In this document: piece after piece, positions 1 to 13,974 of the stretch
Numbering within the stretch: position 1 is the stretch's first letter
Layout of the letters: the number at the start of each line of letters is the position of its first letter
Assembly: GCA_964016885.1 (NCBI GenBank)
Contig: OZ024753.1
Coordinates: 4,960,001-5,024,000 of the forward strand
DNA: 64,000 nt
Direction of reading: 5' to 3'
Source of the DNA: Eledone cirrhosa
Taxonomy: Eukaryota
Position numbers and translations under genes: made by a program
Notes under the pieces: model-generated
Seen by the model: only the letters and a program-made list of their open reading frames with translations
Database searches by the model: none
Told to the model about the DNA's origin: nothing

Positions 1-1427
1 ACTGTGGTACCTTTTGTCAACCACTCTGGTACCTCACCTGACATCAAACAGTCATTGAACATGGTTGTCAGTTTCGGGTGGAGGGATGTTATATTTTTAA
101 TCCAATACCCCTGCACACCATCTGGGCCTGGTGATTTCCAGTTGGTTAGTTTTTTGGCCTGCCCCTTAAGAGTTTCAACTGTGATACTCAAATCAGTTTG
201 TTGGTGTGCCTATTCACTAATCTCCTTTTGTACTGTCTCAATCAACACTGCCTGGTCATTATGTTTAACACCCTGCTCCCATATTCCTCTCCAGAATGTC
301 TTAGTTTGTTTCGCCTCAGGGATCAAGTCGTTGCCTCTTTCTTTCCCTTCAAGCTGTCCAAACAGTATCTTCTGGTTGTTGTCAAACATGCGGTTCTGTC
401 TATACTGACTGACTCTGCTCTCGTATCGCCTAATTTTTGCACTCTTTGCTACAATGCGTTGCTTCAGTTCCTCTATGATAATATTTAGCTTTTTCCTCGT
501 AGTTTTGTACTTTATTTCCAGTCTATTTTTAGTGTCTATGTTTTTTAGTGTCCCATTCAGTAGGGACTCAAGCTTTCCAATGTCATTTCTCATTTCCCTG
601 ATTTTACCATTCAGTCGTTTCTTCCACCAAGGCTCTGATCTTTCTTGTTTGTTGTTTCCTCTCGCTTTTATACCAAGTAATTTCCTCACCGCATTTGCTG
701 TTGCTTTGAGGATATTGTTGCACTGGTGAAGGCTCCTCGCCTCAAGGTATGGGATGACTTTGTTTACCTTAGCTGTTGTTTCTTTTAACTTTTTCCTGTC
801 TACAAATCTTAGGTTCATAGATTTCCCACTATCATTGTTCAATTCATCTACCACTAAGTTTAGGATATCAACCAAATCTTGTCCTAGCCCGTCAGCATTC
901 ATCTCCTGAATGGCCGTATCTTTGTTCCAGGTATTATTTATTTCAACATTCAGATCATTGTCTACTTCGGATGGTTCCTCCGTTCTCTCAACCTCTTCAC
1001 CTTCATTTCCCACTGGCTCGTTTGCCTGGCATACTCCACTCTCCATTTCCAACCTAATCTCTCTGCTCAGTTCCTCCAGTTCCAGCTCGCTTATCCACCC
1101 ATTAGTTCTTATTACCCGAGCCTGCCCGGCCAATTTTTGTTCATCTAATTTAAATAGACCAATCTCGTTCCAGATGTTATGTATCCGTTTCCTATAGCCT
1201 TTCTCCTTGGGGTTACTCTTCAGGTAACATTGCATAACAGTTCTATTCAATTCTTTCGTCCAGTTGGTTCTGGTCCCTTTCCTTCTTCTTCTTCCTCCGA
1301 TACCAGCAGTATTTGGTTGACAGCCAGGTCCCTGCTGCTGAGCCAGGGAGCACCTGCTGGGTGAGAGTCTGTCACATGACATTCCAGTCTCCACTTCACC
1401 GTTATTCGAACTGTTTAGGTTCGACAT
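1..1427 (-). mobile_element. R4/Dong-clade (RLE-type) non-LTR retrotransposon, 5' part of the single ORF; runs off the window
   Basis: 405-aa ORF with an R4-type N-terminus (WTKELNRTVMQCYLKSNP..GYRKRIHNIW, EPWWKKRL, RYESRVSQYRQNRMF). Past a single TAG at 210-212 the same frame continues AHQQ...NWKSPGPDGVQGYWIK...PEWLTKGTT, which is the start of the RT (domain 0). Confidence 0.85.
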
Positions 1428-1806
1428 TTAAACACTCTTATCGAGGATTGGTGAATGTATGGTTTCATCACTCCCGGTGATTTTTGTGTGGCACTATCAC
1501 GCTGTAGACGAACATAAATAAACAAACAAACAAATAGGTAAAAAAAATAAAATTAAAAAAAAAAAAAAGAATAAGCATAAGTTTCATTGTAATGTAATGT
1601 TTGAATGTCTGACTTAGTTTTTCCCTTCCCTTCTCTGTCTGTCTGTTTGTTTTTCTTTTCATTTTTCTTTTCTTTACGTTTTTCGTTGTTGCTGTGCTGC
1701 TTTGATCTTGATTTTTGTTTTTTTGATTTTTTGACCGGGTCATCAAATCAGTATATTTATATCTTTTGATGCCTTCCTCTTTTAGTGGGGACACTACGAT
1801 GCATGT

Positions 1807-1955
1807 CTTAGCAGGAGGTAGTGGGAGAGAATAGCGGCGGTAGTGATAATGAGGCAGTGGTGGTGGTGGTGCTGTGCTAGTAGTACTTAGCAGGAGGTAG
1901 TGGGAGAGAATAGCGGCGGTAGCGATAATGAGGCAGTGATGGTGGTGATGTGATC
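1807..1955. repeat. two-copy ~79-bp tandem duplication
   Basis: cttagcaggaggtagtgggagagaatagcggcggtag(t/c)gataatgaggcagtg occurs twice in tandem. Confidence 0.85.
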
Positions 1956-2056
1956 GTAGTACTGTAGTGATGGTGTTGAAGTTGAAGTAGAAATAGAAGT
2001 TGAGATAACTTGACTAGAGTTTTTAGCGTGGTAGTGGTGGTGGTGTTGGTAGTGAA

Positions 2057-2060
2057 ATTA

Positions 2061-2140
<80 letters not shown>
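2057..2140. repeat. (TTA)n microsatellite
   Basis: Seen directly. Confidence 0.95.
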
Positions 2141-2373
2141 GAGACTGTAACCTGTTCAGAGGTGACTAAATTTGTTCTGAGATTTTTCGAAGATGTTCAA
2201 ATGTAACTGATGGAAATAATTTTTCACTGAAGTTTTGGAAGTCAACCCTGTAAATGAGATATAAAAACAATGCCGGTGTTGTAAGCAGTTCTGTTTCTTT
2301 CTCATACCACTCTAAATATCTATAATGGCGTCCTTCTACGTAGAGTTTCCTCCGCCACCATCACCCCACCCAC

Positions 2374-2526
2374 CACACACAGATACACATGCACACACAC
2401 ATACACACACACACATACACACACACATACATACATACATGCATAATACATACATACATACATACATACATACATACATACATACATACATACATACATA
2501 CATACATACATACATACATACATACA
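2374..2526. repeat. (CA)n/(TACA)n compound microsatellite
   Basis: Seen directly; it explains the MYVC/HTYI spurious ORFs. Confidence 0.95.
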
Positions 2527-4789
2527 AACAAACACGATATCAAACAGAACAAAACAGCACAAAAAAGCTAAAATAAATAGATTTGAACACATCGATTTCC
2601 TAACTCCAGAAAAGGAAAAAAATTATATAATTTTGCGACAAAAAAATCAACATCACTAACAACATGTTGGACAGCAGCAGCAATAACAACATCAGCAGCA
2701 GCAGCAACAATAACAACAGCAACAGCAACAACAACAACAGCAGCAACAACAGAATTCTTTTTCTTAACCAGACCAAGTATTCTTTCAAACAAGAGAATGT
2801 TAGATAAGAAATATTTTGACGAAAGGAAAAAAGCGAGAATAGATGGAAGTGTAGAAAAGTGTGTGTGATTGTGTGAACCAGTATGTGTGTATGTATGGGT
2901 GTATGATCATATGTTTGTGGCCTGTATCTATAAGCGTGTATATATATGTTGGTGAGCACCTATGTAACAAGCTCTACCAACACTGTAACCTCTCTAGAAA
3001 TAACTATTAATCACTATGTCATCGATTTCATTTAACTTTTTTTCATCACCACCACCATTTTTTTTTATCAAATATTTTAGTCTGGTCAACCAGACAACAA
3101 ATTATACATTTTTTCTTCTTTCTCTACTTTTCCATGTTTTCTTCTTCTTCTCCCTCTTCTGTTTTTTCTCACTTTTCTTCTACTTCTAGTTCTGAACATC
3201 CTATTATGTCTTAGCAGAAAATATCTAAAAGCAGGTTTGTTAATTGAACTTTATATAGTATCATTATTGGTGAACATATTCATGTGAAACTTTCATTAAA
3301 CTACAGTAAACACTTCGATTTTTAATGTGATGCAGTCATAATATATTTTTTATGAATATCTGACTTATGCGGTTTCGTGTGATACAGGACGTTAATAAAA
3401 GCATAGTATAGTTAAATGGTTTACTCTAATTCCCCTAAACTTGTCAAAAGAGGCAGTAAACGTTGGCAAACGGTTACAAAATACAAACATTTGATTCAGT
3501 TCATATGTACTTAATCAATTCGACCAGCGACTCTCATAAGAGGAAGGAGGTTTCGAAATAATGTTTACCAAATGTTTAAAAACGGTCTCCTGATCATGAA
3601 ATAAACGATGACATTTTTCGAGTTTGAAATTTATTAACCATCTATATTTAATTGTAAAACAAAATAGTTCAATTGACATATAAATCTAATTTTTCAAGTT
3701 CTTTATATTGACAGATTGCAATTTTTTAAGTATTGAAATAAATCTATTTAATATAGATATATTTTCTATCCCCTTCAAATTCTATTAATGTTATATTTCT
3801 TAAATTTACAATGGAAATCAAAATCAACAATCGTATTAAATCCAAATATGACAAGATATGTTTAAGAATATATGTATTAGCAGAAGAAAACGACATCATA
3901 TTTTAATATAAAGAAACCTTTGACATTTTGAAGATAATGAAGAATGCATGACCCTTGGTGATACTGATATATCTTGCGTCATTGAAGCTGGTTGGTAATA
4001 TATGAGAATTAAACAAGTAATACAATTTATATTCATCAATAATTAATTATTTTTCTAGTCTATAGATAAGTAGATTATACGCATCTTCATACTCAGCCAA
4101 ACATTTCGCTCATCTTCAATGTTCGCAGCAAAGTTATTTAAGTGTGTTTAATAGATGTAGATTTTTTTCTGAATTACAATATATATCGTATTTTAAGAGA
4201 AAAATGAAAGATTCACAATATGTGTGCGTGTGTGTGTGTGTATTTATGTACGCATATATGTATGCATGCCTGAATGTATATATATGGAGGAGTTGTATGT
4301 GTGTATATATACGTAAACGTATATATAAATGTGTATTTTATTTTTAATTTTCAATATTCTGAAAACAATAAATCAGATTTATCGAATTATACAAAAATTA
4401 TTCAACAATAACTGAATTTAAATAAATCATCAGACCATGACATTCTCTATACGAGTGGCTCGATTTATTATTTTCATTCCTTTTAGTGCTGTTATATTCA
4501 ATTAGAACATTCAATCATTTGAATAATTAGTGATTAAAAGCGTTTGGCATCGTTTTCTATGATTTTTTATTTTGATATGTTATGTATGTATTTGTCACCT
4601 TCTAATTCTCTCACTGAAGGTACCAATATATTAAAATTAGCAATCATCATCAAAAGAAATAGATACTTAATATATCGCATTTTCAGTCAGATGAATCTTC
4701 ATTTCGATTTCACATGAAGTATTATTATGGTTGCTTCTAGTCATGCATTCTGTAATATTGGTTTAATAAACTTTTACTACAGTAATAAT

Positions 4790-4977
4790 TGTTTCTACCA
4801 TTGGCACAAGGCCAGCAATTACCCAGTACATTACTGGTACTTTATTTTATCGACCCCGTAAGGATGAAAGGCAAAGTTAACCTCGGCGGGATTTGAACTC
4901 AGAATGGCCAGGGCCGTGACTCTATGCGACAAAACATGGTGTCCGAGCCTCTACCGATACTGCCAATTCACCGCCCA
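4790..4977 (-). mobile_element. tRNA-derived SINE with 16-bp TSD
   Basis: On the minus strand: box A-like TGGCAGTATCGG, box B GAGTTCAAATCC and core aactttgcctttcatcc..ggggtcgataaaataaagtaccag. TSD ttactacagtaataat at 4774-4789 and 4978-4993. Confidence 0.9.
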
Positions 4978-5022
4978 TTACTACAGTAATAATATAAACA
5001 CGTAAGGACGCTCACATGCACA

Positions 5023-5059
<37 letters not shown>

Positions 5060-5426
5060 ATAATAAAAATTTGAAAACTAAAATCCAACGTAGAGCAAAT
5101 ATTTATTAAAATAACAGATTCTTTGCTTAAACTTTAATCTGTTACTTTAATAAATATATATATATATATAATTTTAATACAATAACAGAGATAGTTTAAA
5201 GCTAATCTCTGACTGGTAACCATCTCACTCAACAAACATTAGGTTATATTTTAATATAAACCCAATTTAAGTGTTTCGGGTGCTAACAATATGTATTATG
5301 TGGAAAAGCCAGTTGTATTATTTTATGAGATATAATTAAAGTTAAAATATATCTCTCTTTCCAAACAATTGTTTCATTATAAGTTTTCTACAAATTCGGA
5401 GAATATTTCCAGTTTATGTAGAAGCC

Positions 5427-5461
<35 letters not shown>

Positions 5462-7901
5462 TTTAACGTATATACAGTTTCACGTTTTATATTGGAAAGA
5501 GTAAAGAGATTTCGACGAGTCGGACTTAAGCCCTTCTTCGGGAGTAAAAAATAGAGAGAGGATCACAATGGAAAAACAGAAAAAAGGTCCAGTAAAGACA
5601 AAACAAAATTGGTGAATAAACATTGTTGTCTCTGATCGAAACGGAGCAAGCGTATATTTGAATTCATAGAAAAACTTTAAAAGTTCATCGCTAGAACAGC
5701 TGTTAAAACTGCCAAGTGCTGTCAATGAAGGACAAAATGTTTTCTTTCGTCCTTCTATCTGTTCTATTTGTTTTATCACACACACACATATCATATCAGC
5801 AGAAAGACTTATTTTTCTATTGCACGCTCCAACTTTGCCTTTCATCTTTTCGTGATCGATAAATATAGTATTAGTCCAGATGTGGTGGATTAGCAGAATT
5901 GTTAAAGCTGCGTGCCTCCATTACTGTTTATAACAATGTAAGGTGACGAGCTCCCATCAAGCATAGTGTTGACAGGGTCCAGAAGATATGGTTAAATATT
6001 TAAAACTTTCTTTGTCTAGATATCCAAATGCCATCATCCTTCGAGAGTGCTACATTGCTTCTGGCATTTTAGTTAAATTTAAGCCTAACAACAATATAGT
6101 TCTTCTTTTTTTCATTTTAAGACAGACCCTGTGGAAGAAAAATAATTAATTCCAGAGTCTACATGCCTATCTAAAAGATCTGTTCAAGTGTTATCAGGTA
6201 TTTCCAAGCCCCATATGTATATTGCCGAATAAAATCCCGATTAAATGAAATCTTAGCTTCTATATGTAATTCTGTTTACAAACGTATGTGAGACTCTATA
6301 CACATCTAACAATGGAGTGTTGGGTGCTTTTAGTTTTTTTTTTGGGGGGGGGGGGGGGGGGCTGCGACGAAATAAGTAAAAACTATGTTTTACTACCATA
6401 AACAAAACAAAAACTATACATGTGTGCATGTATCTGTGGGTACTTGTGTGTGTGGGGGGGGCGTGAGTGTGTGTGTGTGTATGTGTGTGTGTGTGTGTGT
6501 GTGTTTGTGTAACCGAAACCAATAAAAATATATTCTACTTTGTCAGGAATATATATATTTATTTCTGATATCATTTCCCATCTTATCGATCACATCATTA
6601 TATATTTTCGATGAGCTTACTGTTTTCTTTATTGTTCTGCTATAACAAGCCTTTAAACACATGCATCTATATATTTGAATATTGCTAAATTGCTTTTTCA
6701 AAAGATCTGGCTAAATCGAGCAATTTGCCGTCAATTTTTGCACTCAACACTCATACAAATGCATATTTCATATCTAAAGATGGAATCGTACTACCAAACA
6801 TTTTCCGAGTTGTACAAAAATACATATTCATAAAATTGAACATTCAAAACAAATTTTACCGAATATAATTTAACAAAATAAGCCAATAATCGTATGGTGC
6901 ATCATCTAATGTCTTCATTAGACCAATTAGCGTTCAATTTCGGTTCTTAACATTTATTTCAATTAGTTATTAAACATATATGCCATGATTTTCATACGTA
7001 TATAATGCCTAAACATAGAACCCAATTTCTGTTTTCTCAATAAATTTATATTGAATTCGGGGATGCTTTTATTCAATATATAGGCGCATAAAATTGTCAC
7101 AAGATTATTGATATTATTTTTAACCTTTTTTCAAACAAACTTGACTTGATTATAGACTCAATGTCAATCTTTCCCGTGACTCCGATCAATAGATATTGTG
7201 CATCGATATATGGAACCTGTTGGTTTGGTTTTGTTATTGATTAGTCGTACTTCATTGACCCAGCTGTGACTATCATATCATTTATTCTGACATAATATAC
7301 ATACGAGCACAGTATCTAATGTGCCCTCTCTTTTTTTAACTGTAGGATTTAATTTAAATTTTGTGTTATCTTTTTCAAGTCTAAAGGAGTTGTGCAATCA
7401 TTAACCGAAGTCTGTTTCACTAGAAGCTCAGCTCAAAGAGAAACCAATCAAGTTATGTTAAATGAAGTCTGTTTCACTAGCAGCTCAGCTCAAACCCGAT
7501 CAAGTCAACGAAGTTCCGAGCAGATAAAATGCGGAACGATATCATAAATCATCAAACTCTGTAGAACAACATTTAAACGCATAGTGAAAGGAAATATAAT
7601 ATATTAGTCACTGAAATTGACAGTTTCTTGTCTTGTGTAAAACAAATGAGAGAATGTTTCATATTTATAGGTTTAAATAGCATATATTTAAGTTTATACA
7701 TTCGATGATTTGATTACTGGTGTACATATTATGTGCGAAGTGTTTACAGCATTGAATGTAGATTGTACTTGTGCGAGGAGTTATGAATTTGAGAAAGTAA
7801 TTAATGGTCGCAGTCGCGGTTTACGTGGATGAATTGGCGTCAAGTAAAATACAGCGTCAGCTAGAATATCTTGTGGTATCCGTCCCGGTTTTCTGCAATT
7901 T

Positions 7902-7988
<87 letters not shown>
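7902..7988. repeat. (GA)n microsatellite
   Basis: Seen directly. Confidence 0.95.
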
Positions 7989-7997
<9 letters not shown>

Positions 7998-8442
7998 CGC
8001 GTTCGAGAATAAACAAGAGAAACACGGATGTACAATAACGCAAAGTCTTATTAGTTTCACGTTTTTAGAAGAAGTAAATGGAGGTTTTTCAACGTATCAG
8101 ACGTAAATCTTTCTTCAGAAACTTGCGTTCGGAGTGAGAGAGGAAAGAATGAAACAACAGAGTTTGAAAAAAGAGAATAAATTGGATTACAGCATCGATC
8201 ACCACCACTAACAACAACAACACTAGCAGCAGAAATAGTAAACAAGTTTTCGATCAACTGAAATATTGTTTTGCAGCATCTACTACAATGTTATTAATGC
8301 CTTATTCTTTCAGGCAGCGTCTGTAATGTAAATGCTTCCGTGATATTGACTCGAAATACAGATTTTTCTTTAGATTTCGTATAATTTATATAGAAACTAT
8401 TTAAATTGTTATAATTTAATCATTTAGAACATATACGAAATA

Positions 8443-8895
8443 CATGTGTTTGTGTATGTTCGTGTATATGTACGTGTATATGTATGTATATGTTCCTGTG
8501 TATGTTCATGTGTCTGTGTGAGCATGTGCGTGTATATGTTCGTGTGTGTGTGTGTGTATCCGTGTGTTTGTGTATGTTTTTGCGTGTATATGTTCGTGTG
8601 CATGTAATGGTATGTATGCGTTTGTGTCTGTATATGTGTATGTGCGTATGTAAGTTTATGTATACGTGTGTGTGTGTGTGTGTGTGTGCACAGGAGGAAG
8701 ATGTATGCGTTTGTGTCTGTATGTGAGTGTGTGCAGAAGAGAAGGATGTATGCGTTGTGTCTGTATGTGAGTGCGTGTGCGTGTGGGGATGTATGTGTTT
8801 GTGACTATATGAGTCTGTATGTTCGTGTGTATGTGTTTGTTCATGTATGGGGTGTATATGTTTGTTCATGTATGGGGTGTATATGTTTGTCTATG
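8443..8895. repeat. degenerate (TG/TA)-rich simple repeat
   Basis: Seen directly. Confidence 0.9.
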
Positions 8896-10024
8896 TTTTA
8901 TAAAAGTGGTTTTAACTTATAAAATGTAAGAATTCTTTTAAAGAAATAAATTACAGTATTACTTCTGTGTCTTTGTAAGGTATAAAATTTTGAATACCAT
9001 CGCTACAACTAATTCTTTTGGAAATATAGGAAAATCTCGTTTTATTTTACTTGACAAATTATCAGTTAAAAGAAACTTAATTTATCCTTGGTTAAAATGA
9101 ACTAATATATTTACGTTATTGAATTTTGTGAAATGTCGGTTATATTATTGAATTTTAAGAAATGTCCCGTATTTTAAATCATTTTCATACAAAATATATT
9201 TGTTTCGAGACTTTTACAGCTGTCTTTTTTCTTCACAGACTTAGACTTGTTTTGAGTTAATTATATTGCTCAGCTTCCATATTTCAGAGATGTAAAACAT
9301 TTAGGATACTTGAAATATCTTCGATATTTTTCTTTTTAATTTCTATATACTATTTTTTTCTCGTTAATTGGAATTTCCGAAATGATAAACATCAGGAAGT
9401 AACAGTGTACAAGAAGTAACATTTACAAATGTTTTGAGCATATCTTCGAATTTTATCTCTTTTTACGCACCCTACAACTTCTAGGGACCGATTCAATTTC
9501 ACTTCCATGGAAAAGCATTTGTTATAATGCTTTGCTAACGAGGTTCTCTTTATGAAAACATATGTTGTTGAACGATAATAACATACATACAAGCAAGAAA
9601 AGATAAAAGTAACTGTTAAAAAATTGCTGCTGGATTCAAATGTTTTGACCTTAACAAGTCAGATGCGTATTCTTTTTCACATTTAAAATTATACACATAT
9701 TTAAAAAGTTAAAACGTTTTCTAATTTTATACGACTGCTGTTTTTTCTGCAGTTAAACTGCCGAATTTGAATAGACATTCCATGTTTAAATTCACTATGC
9801 ACTTCCCCTACTATTTTTGAATCTTTTGATTATCGCTAGTCTCCTATATTTTTTATGATTTGTAAACAAATTCTAGAGTGTATGAGAAATTATATTTCCT
9901 GGTTCTCTTTGACAATGACTGAGCGGGAAGCTTACAAGAATATCGATAAATATAGATTAAATCTGATAGAAGCATGAAAATCGTGACTCAATTTGCAAGT
10001 TATCAACAATGGGTGCAGTAAAAT

Positions 10025-10365
10025 TAAATGGTTAAGAAATTGGCTTTGCATTTATTAGGTCCAGAGTTCGATCCCACAGGCAAGGGTCATTTACCATAAC
10101 TTTAGGTCCATCTATGCCTTGTGAGTGAAATTGGGTCGTCAGAAACTATTTGGAAGCCCATCGGATGGACTGCACCAGTAATATACTAAAGAAAGGTCAA
10201 TCTTATCACACACTGTATCACGTTGAATCTTCTTGATAATTACGTTAAGGGCACACGTGTCTGTGGAATGTTTAGCCGTTTACATATTAATTTCTTGAGC
10301 AGACAGTTCCGTTTATCGAACAACTGCAACGCTCACCGTTGAAACCGATAGAGGTCCATTCCAGC
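10025..10365. mobile_element. degenerate SINE of a second family, related to 26168-26360
   Basis: Box B-like gagttcgatccc near 10064. The segment tacgttaagggcacacgtgtctgtggaatg..gagcagacagttccgtt is the reverse complement of the 26168-26360 repeat. Confidence 0.65.
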
Positions 10366-10533
10366 ATCTCAGACAGGAATCTAAAGTGAGTGTTAGAGCT
10401 CAGGATTATCAATGAAATATTATGAAACAGTAATCAGTTGTAAAATGTAAGGGTCAGTGATCGAATGATATATCAGGATTAGGGAATCAAGTAAATATTC
10501 CAATGTGTGTCTAAGTTCTATTTGGATATATTA

Positions 10534-10594
10534 CTAACCTACCCCTAACCCTAACCCTAAACCTAACCATAAACCTAACCCTAAACCTAACCAT
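10534..10594. repeat. interstitial telomere-like (CCCTAA/ACCTAA)n tract
   Basis: ctaacctacccctaaccctaaccctaaacctaaccataaacctaaccctaaacctaacc. Confidence 0.75.
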
Positions 10595-11619
10595 AATTGC
10601 CCTTATGGTAAAGCATCAGATAAAATGCCATTGCGGTATTTACAGCTATAGTTATAAATTGAAAATAGTTTTCCAGAAAAAAATAGTTAGACTTTGACAT
10701 TGTGAAAAAACAAACGAAAACAGAATCGATCATCAGATCAAAAAACCTAGGTTTCCATTAGGCTTTCCATTACTGATACTATTTACCGATCGCAATTCTG
10801 GCACTTAGGAGACAGAATTTTACTTCAAAACTCACAAAGTTTGAAAAGATATTACAAAGCAATTGTCCGAATATTTAACAATTGCGCCAATTCACTACCT
10901 CCTGACTGGTACAAACCATGTTTATCAGCAAAGAAAGAATGAAGAGCAAAGTTGAGCTCGAGAGGTTTGCACTCGAAATGTAGGGAGCTGTTGCAAATAG
11001 CGAGATATTTGATCCTATGATTTCACCACTCAGCTAATTCACTGCCGTGATTGTAAACAAGCATAAAATAATCAAACAATAAAAAACAAATCAAATAATC
11101 TGAATAAACATATATTTATCAATTAAAACATTTTCACCCATCTATATGAAATTAGTAATAACACTAATTTCTGATGAGAAAAATTAAACATTTAACTTAA
11201 TGAATTATTTTATTGCAAGTGGCAAGCGAAATGAATAAATCGAGACAGACCATTCGTTGTTTCATGAAAGAATACAAAACTTCTAGTAGCATTATACGTT
11301 AAAACCCCTGTTATCGAAAAATAATTTTAGAAACATTGCCAAGAAATAGGCAATTTCTTGGACTATTTAAAGAAAAGATTTCAATTACTTCTAAAATGTT
11401 ATTTTGTAAATGTTATCTTTTCGGACGAATGAAAATTGACGGAATCTGAGAAGAGCATAATAGACGTCTGAGAAAATGAAATAAAAAAACTTCTGATGAA
11501 AATTTAGTATACTATTATACTTAGTCGTCAAACAATTGAATCACTCTTTGCTGCAAAGCAAGTATCACTGCATGATGTTACAAAAATAATGTTTTATTTT
11601 GTGCAACAACTAATAACTC

Positions 11620-11960
11620 ATTGATAATGTTCATCCCACATTGATCATAAATCAATATGATAATGCTCTGATATGTCACCATGATAATGTTCATACACTG
11701 AGTGGTAAGAAACTATCAGGAGTGCTGGACAGCAGAAGGTCTTCAGAGAAGGAATATACCAACATTATAATAAACCAACCTTCTAATGTTGATATACTGA
11801 TAATATATCTACATTATAATGTTCAAATACTAATAATATGCCAACATTATAATGTTAAAACACTGATAATGTACCAACATGATAATGTTGACACACACTG
11901 ATAATATACCAAGATAATAATGTCCATACACCAATAATATAACATTACAATTTTCAACAA
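11620..11960. repeat. degenerate ~33-bp minisatellite
   Basis: Recurrent unit resembling cattataatgtt(g/c)a(t/a)atactgataatatacc. Confidence 0.7.
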
Positions 11961-12168
11961 CATAATATGTTCCCGGTCATATTTTCTTTTCAAATTAGTC
12001 AAAGCATTTTCAAAAACTCATGTATTTGGGACTTTGTTTTGGTTTGGACAATCTCTTGATGTGTATAACAAATTATTTACAAACAAAATTCAAAATTGTT
12101 TAACCTTGTTTGTTCAGAAGCTCAAGAAGAATGGTAAAAATATTCGTCTGCATTATTGAAAAAGCTTG

Positions 12169-12347
12169 TATTGGCAGAATCGGTAGAGGGTCGGACGCCA
12201 TGCTTTGATGCATAGAGTTACGGCCCTTGCTATTCTGAGTTCAAATCCCGCCGAGGTTAACTTTGCCTTTCATCCTTACGGGGTCGATAAAATAAAGTAC
12301 CAGTAATGTACTGGGTAATTTCTGGCCTTGTGCCAATAGTAGAAACA
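12169..12347 (+). mobile_element. tRNA-derived SINE with 17-bp TSD
   Basis: Same family as 4790-4977. TSD attattgaaaaagcttg at 12152-12168 and 12348-12364. Confidence 0.9.
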
Positions 12348-13224
12348 ATTATTGAAAAAGCTTGCTGGCAATTTGATTAAAAAGATTCCTACAAAGAACA
12401 AGACAAATACTTCAGAATCATTGATTGTTCCGTTGAGGTTATAAATAAATTCACAGACCATTTTTAAAATACCCATAAATGATTTCACAAAAAACTACAT
12501 TCTTTAAATTCAATTTTGCATTTTTTCTATCCGTGTATATTTTTGCTGGCAAAGCTGTTGGTTACTACAATTTAAGTTTTCTTTCTTTTTTTTTTTTTTT
12601 TTTATTTTATGGGGTTTTTTTAACATAACATTTTTTTTGTTTATATATTAGAGAATTTGCTTTGTAGTTCTTTGAGGGTTAATATACGCTTTTTATTCGT
12701 AGATGTTTGGGGGAAGTTATGGTGAAAAGATCGGATTTAAAACTACATTTTTTATTGTTGTTGTTTTCCTTTACAAATTTATTCAGTTTAATTTCATTCC
12801 GAAATATCTTGCTTGAAATAAAATATCTTTCTAGATACGTGGTGTCATGATATTTTGTTATAGTCGCGCATAAATAAAGATTTATTTACAACAACAAAAA
12901 ACAATGATTTTCTATTGACTCTATCATCATGTTTTTAATTTCTTTCTTCGTCTTGTATTTGTGATAAAAAAAACGTGTGAGCTAATAATAATAATATACA
13001 TGTCCAGTATATATATATATAGAGAGAGAGAGAGAGGGGAGAGAGAGCGAGAGAGAGGAGGGAGAGGGGGGACAATAAAAAGTCAGATTTGTAGCTTGTT
13101 AAGAAACTTTACTGTATATTAGAACTGTTTCAATATCGATCAGCCCGGGTTTGATCCGGTGATCGGATCCCGACTCTTGATCGACACCTCTTCAGATATG
13201 CAAGTTTACATGGGTGGTCCCATG

Positions 13225-13259
<35 letters not shown>

Positions 13260-13775
13260 TTAGCACACACACCTCCAACACCCACCCACCCCCCACCCAC
13301 CCCCCACACACACACACACACTCTCAATCCCAAATCTGTAACGGAAGCTCTGAGTCCAGGTGTGTGAGAACTTCTTGCAACGTGTTGCCTGCTGTTTTAT
13401 CCTTTTTTAAATAATCCATTAGTTAATGATTTCCTCTTGATTGGTACATTTTTCTATTAGTTATGTTGATGTATTTTGAGTGGGTTTACACCTATTTATT
13501 TCGCATCTCCAGTGTATTGCTCAACAACTAAAGAAAAGAGATATGAATAGGAATTTATTTACAGGAAGTCTACTCGATATTTTGTAACGTTTCTTTCTGT
13601 ATGTCATCTATAAAACAGAATCAACGATTGAGTTCATTTATTAATAACAACTACACAGATTATAACTTTTAATGGTAGATTTGAGGGAACATTTTTCTGG
13701 AAGTTTAGTGAGTATTTTTATAAAGAATCGTGGTGGGAAAGAAGAGCGTTTAATACATACAGTGCATAATAACGA

Positions 13776-13974
13776 TTTCTACTATAGGCACAAGGCCAGC
13801 AATTTGGGGGAAGGGGAAAGTCGATTAAATAGATCCCAGTGCATTACTGGTGCTTAATTTTATCGACCCCATCCGGATGAAAGGCAAAGCTAACTCAGAA
13901 CGTAAAGGGCCATAACTCTATACTGCAAAACATGGTGTCTCACGCTCTACCGATATTGCCAATCCACCGCCCTC
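13776..13974 (-). mobile_element. tRNA-derived SINE with 20-bp TSD
   Basis: Same family; TSD catacagtgcataataacga on both sides. Confidence 0.9.

Noticed and set aside
2320-2959. ORFs with MYVC/HTYI/poly-L repeats (also near 7800, 8400, 15400, 18700 and 24300)
   Set aside because: Translations of microsatellites with no coding signal.
5480-5845. 121-aa ORF, and ccgaagaagggcttaagtccg..cgaaa as a possible Penelope end with a hammerhead
   Set aside because: The hammerhead core lacks an intact CUGANGA and the GIY-YIG resemblance is too weak to support.
10534-10594. Telomerase RNA template or true telomere
   Set aside because: A short, degenerate interstitial tract; such runs are common inside repeats.
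11620-11960. CRISPR-like periodicity
   Set aside because: Eukaryotic context, degenerate units without unique spacers and no cas genes; this is a minisatellite.
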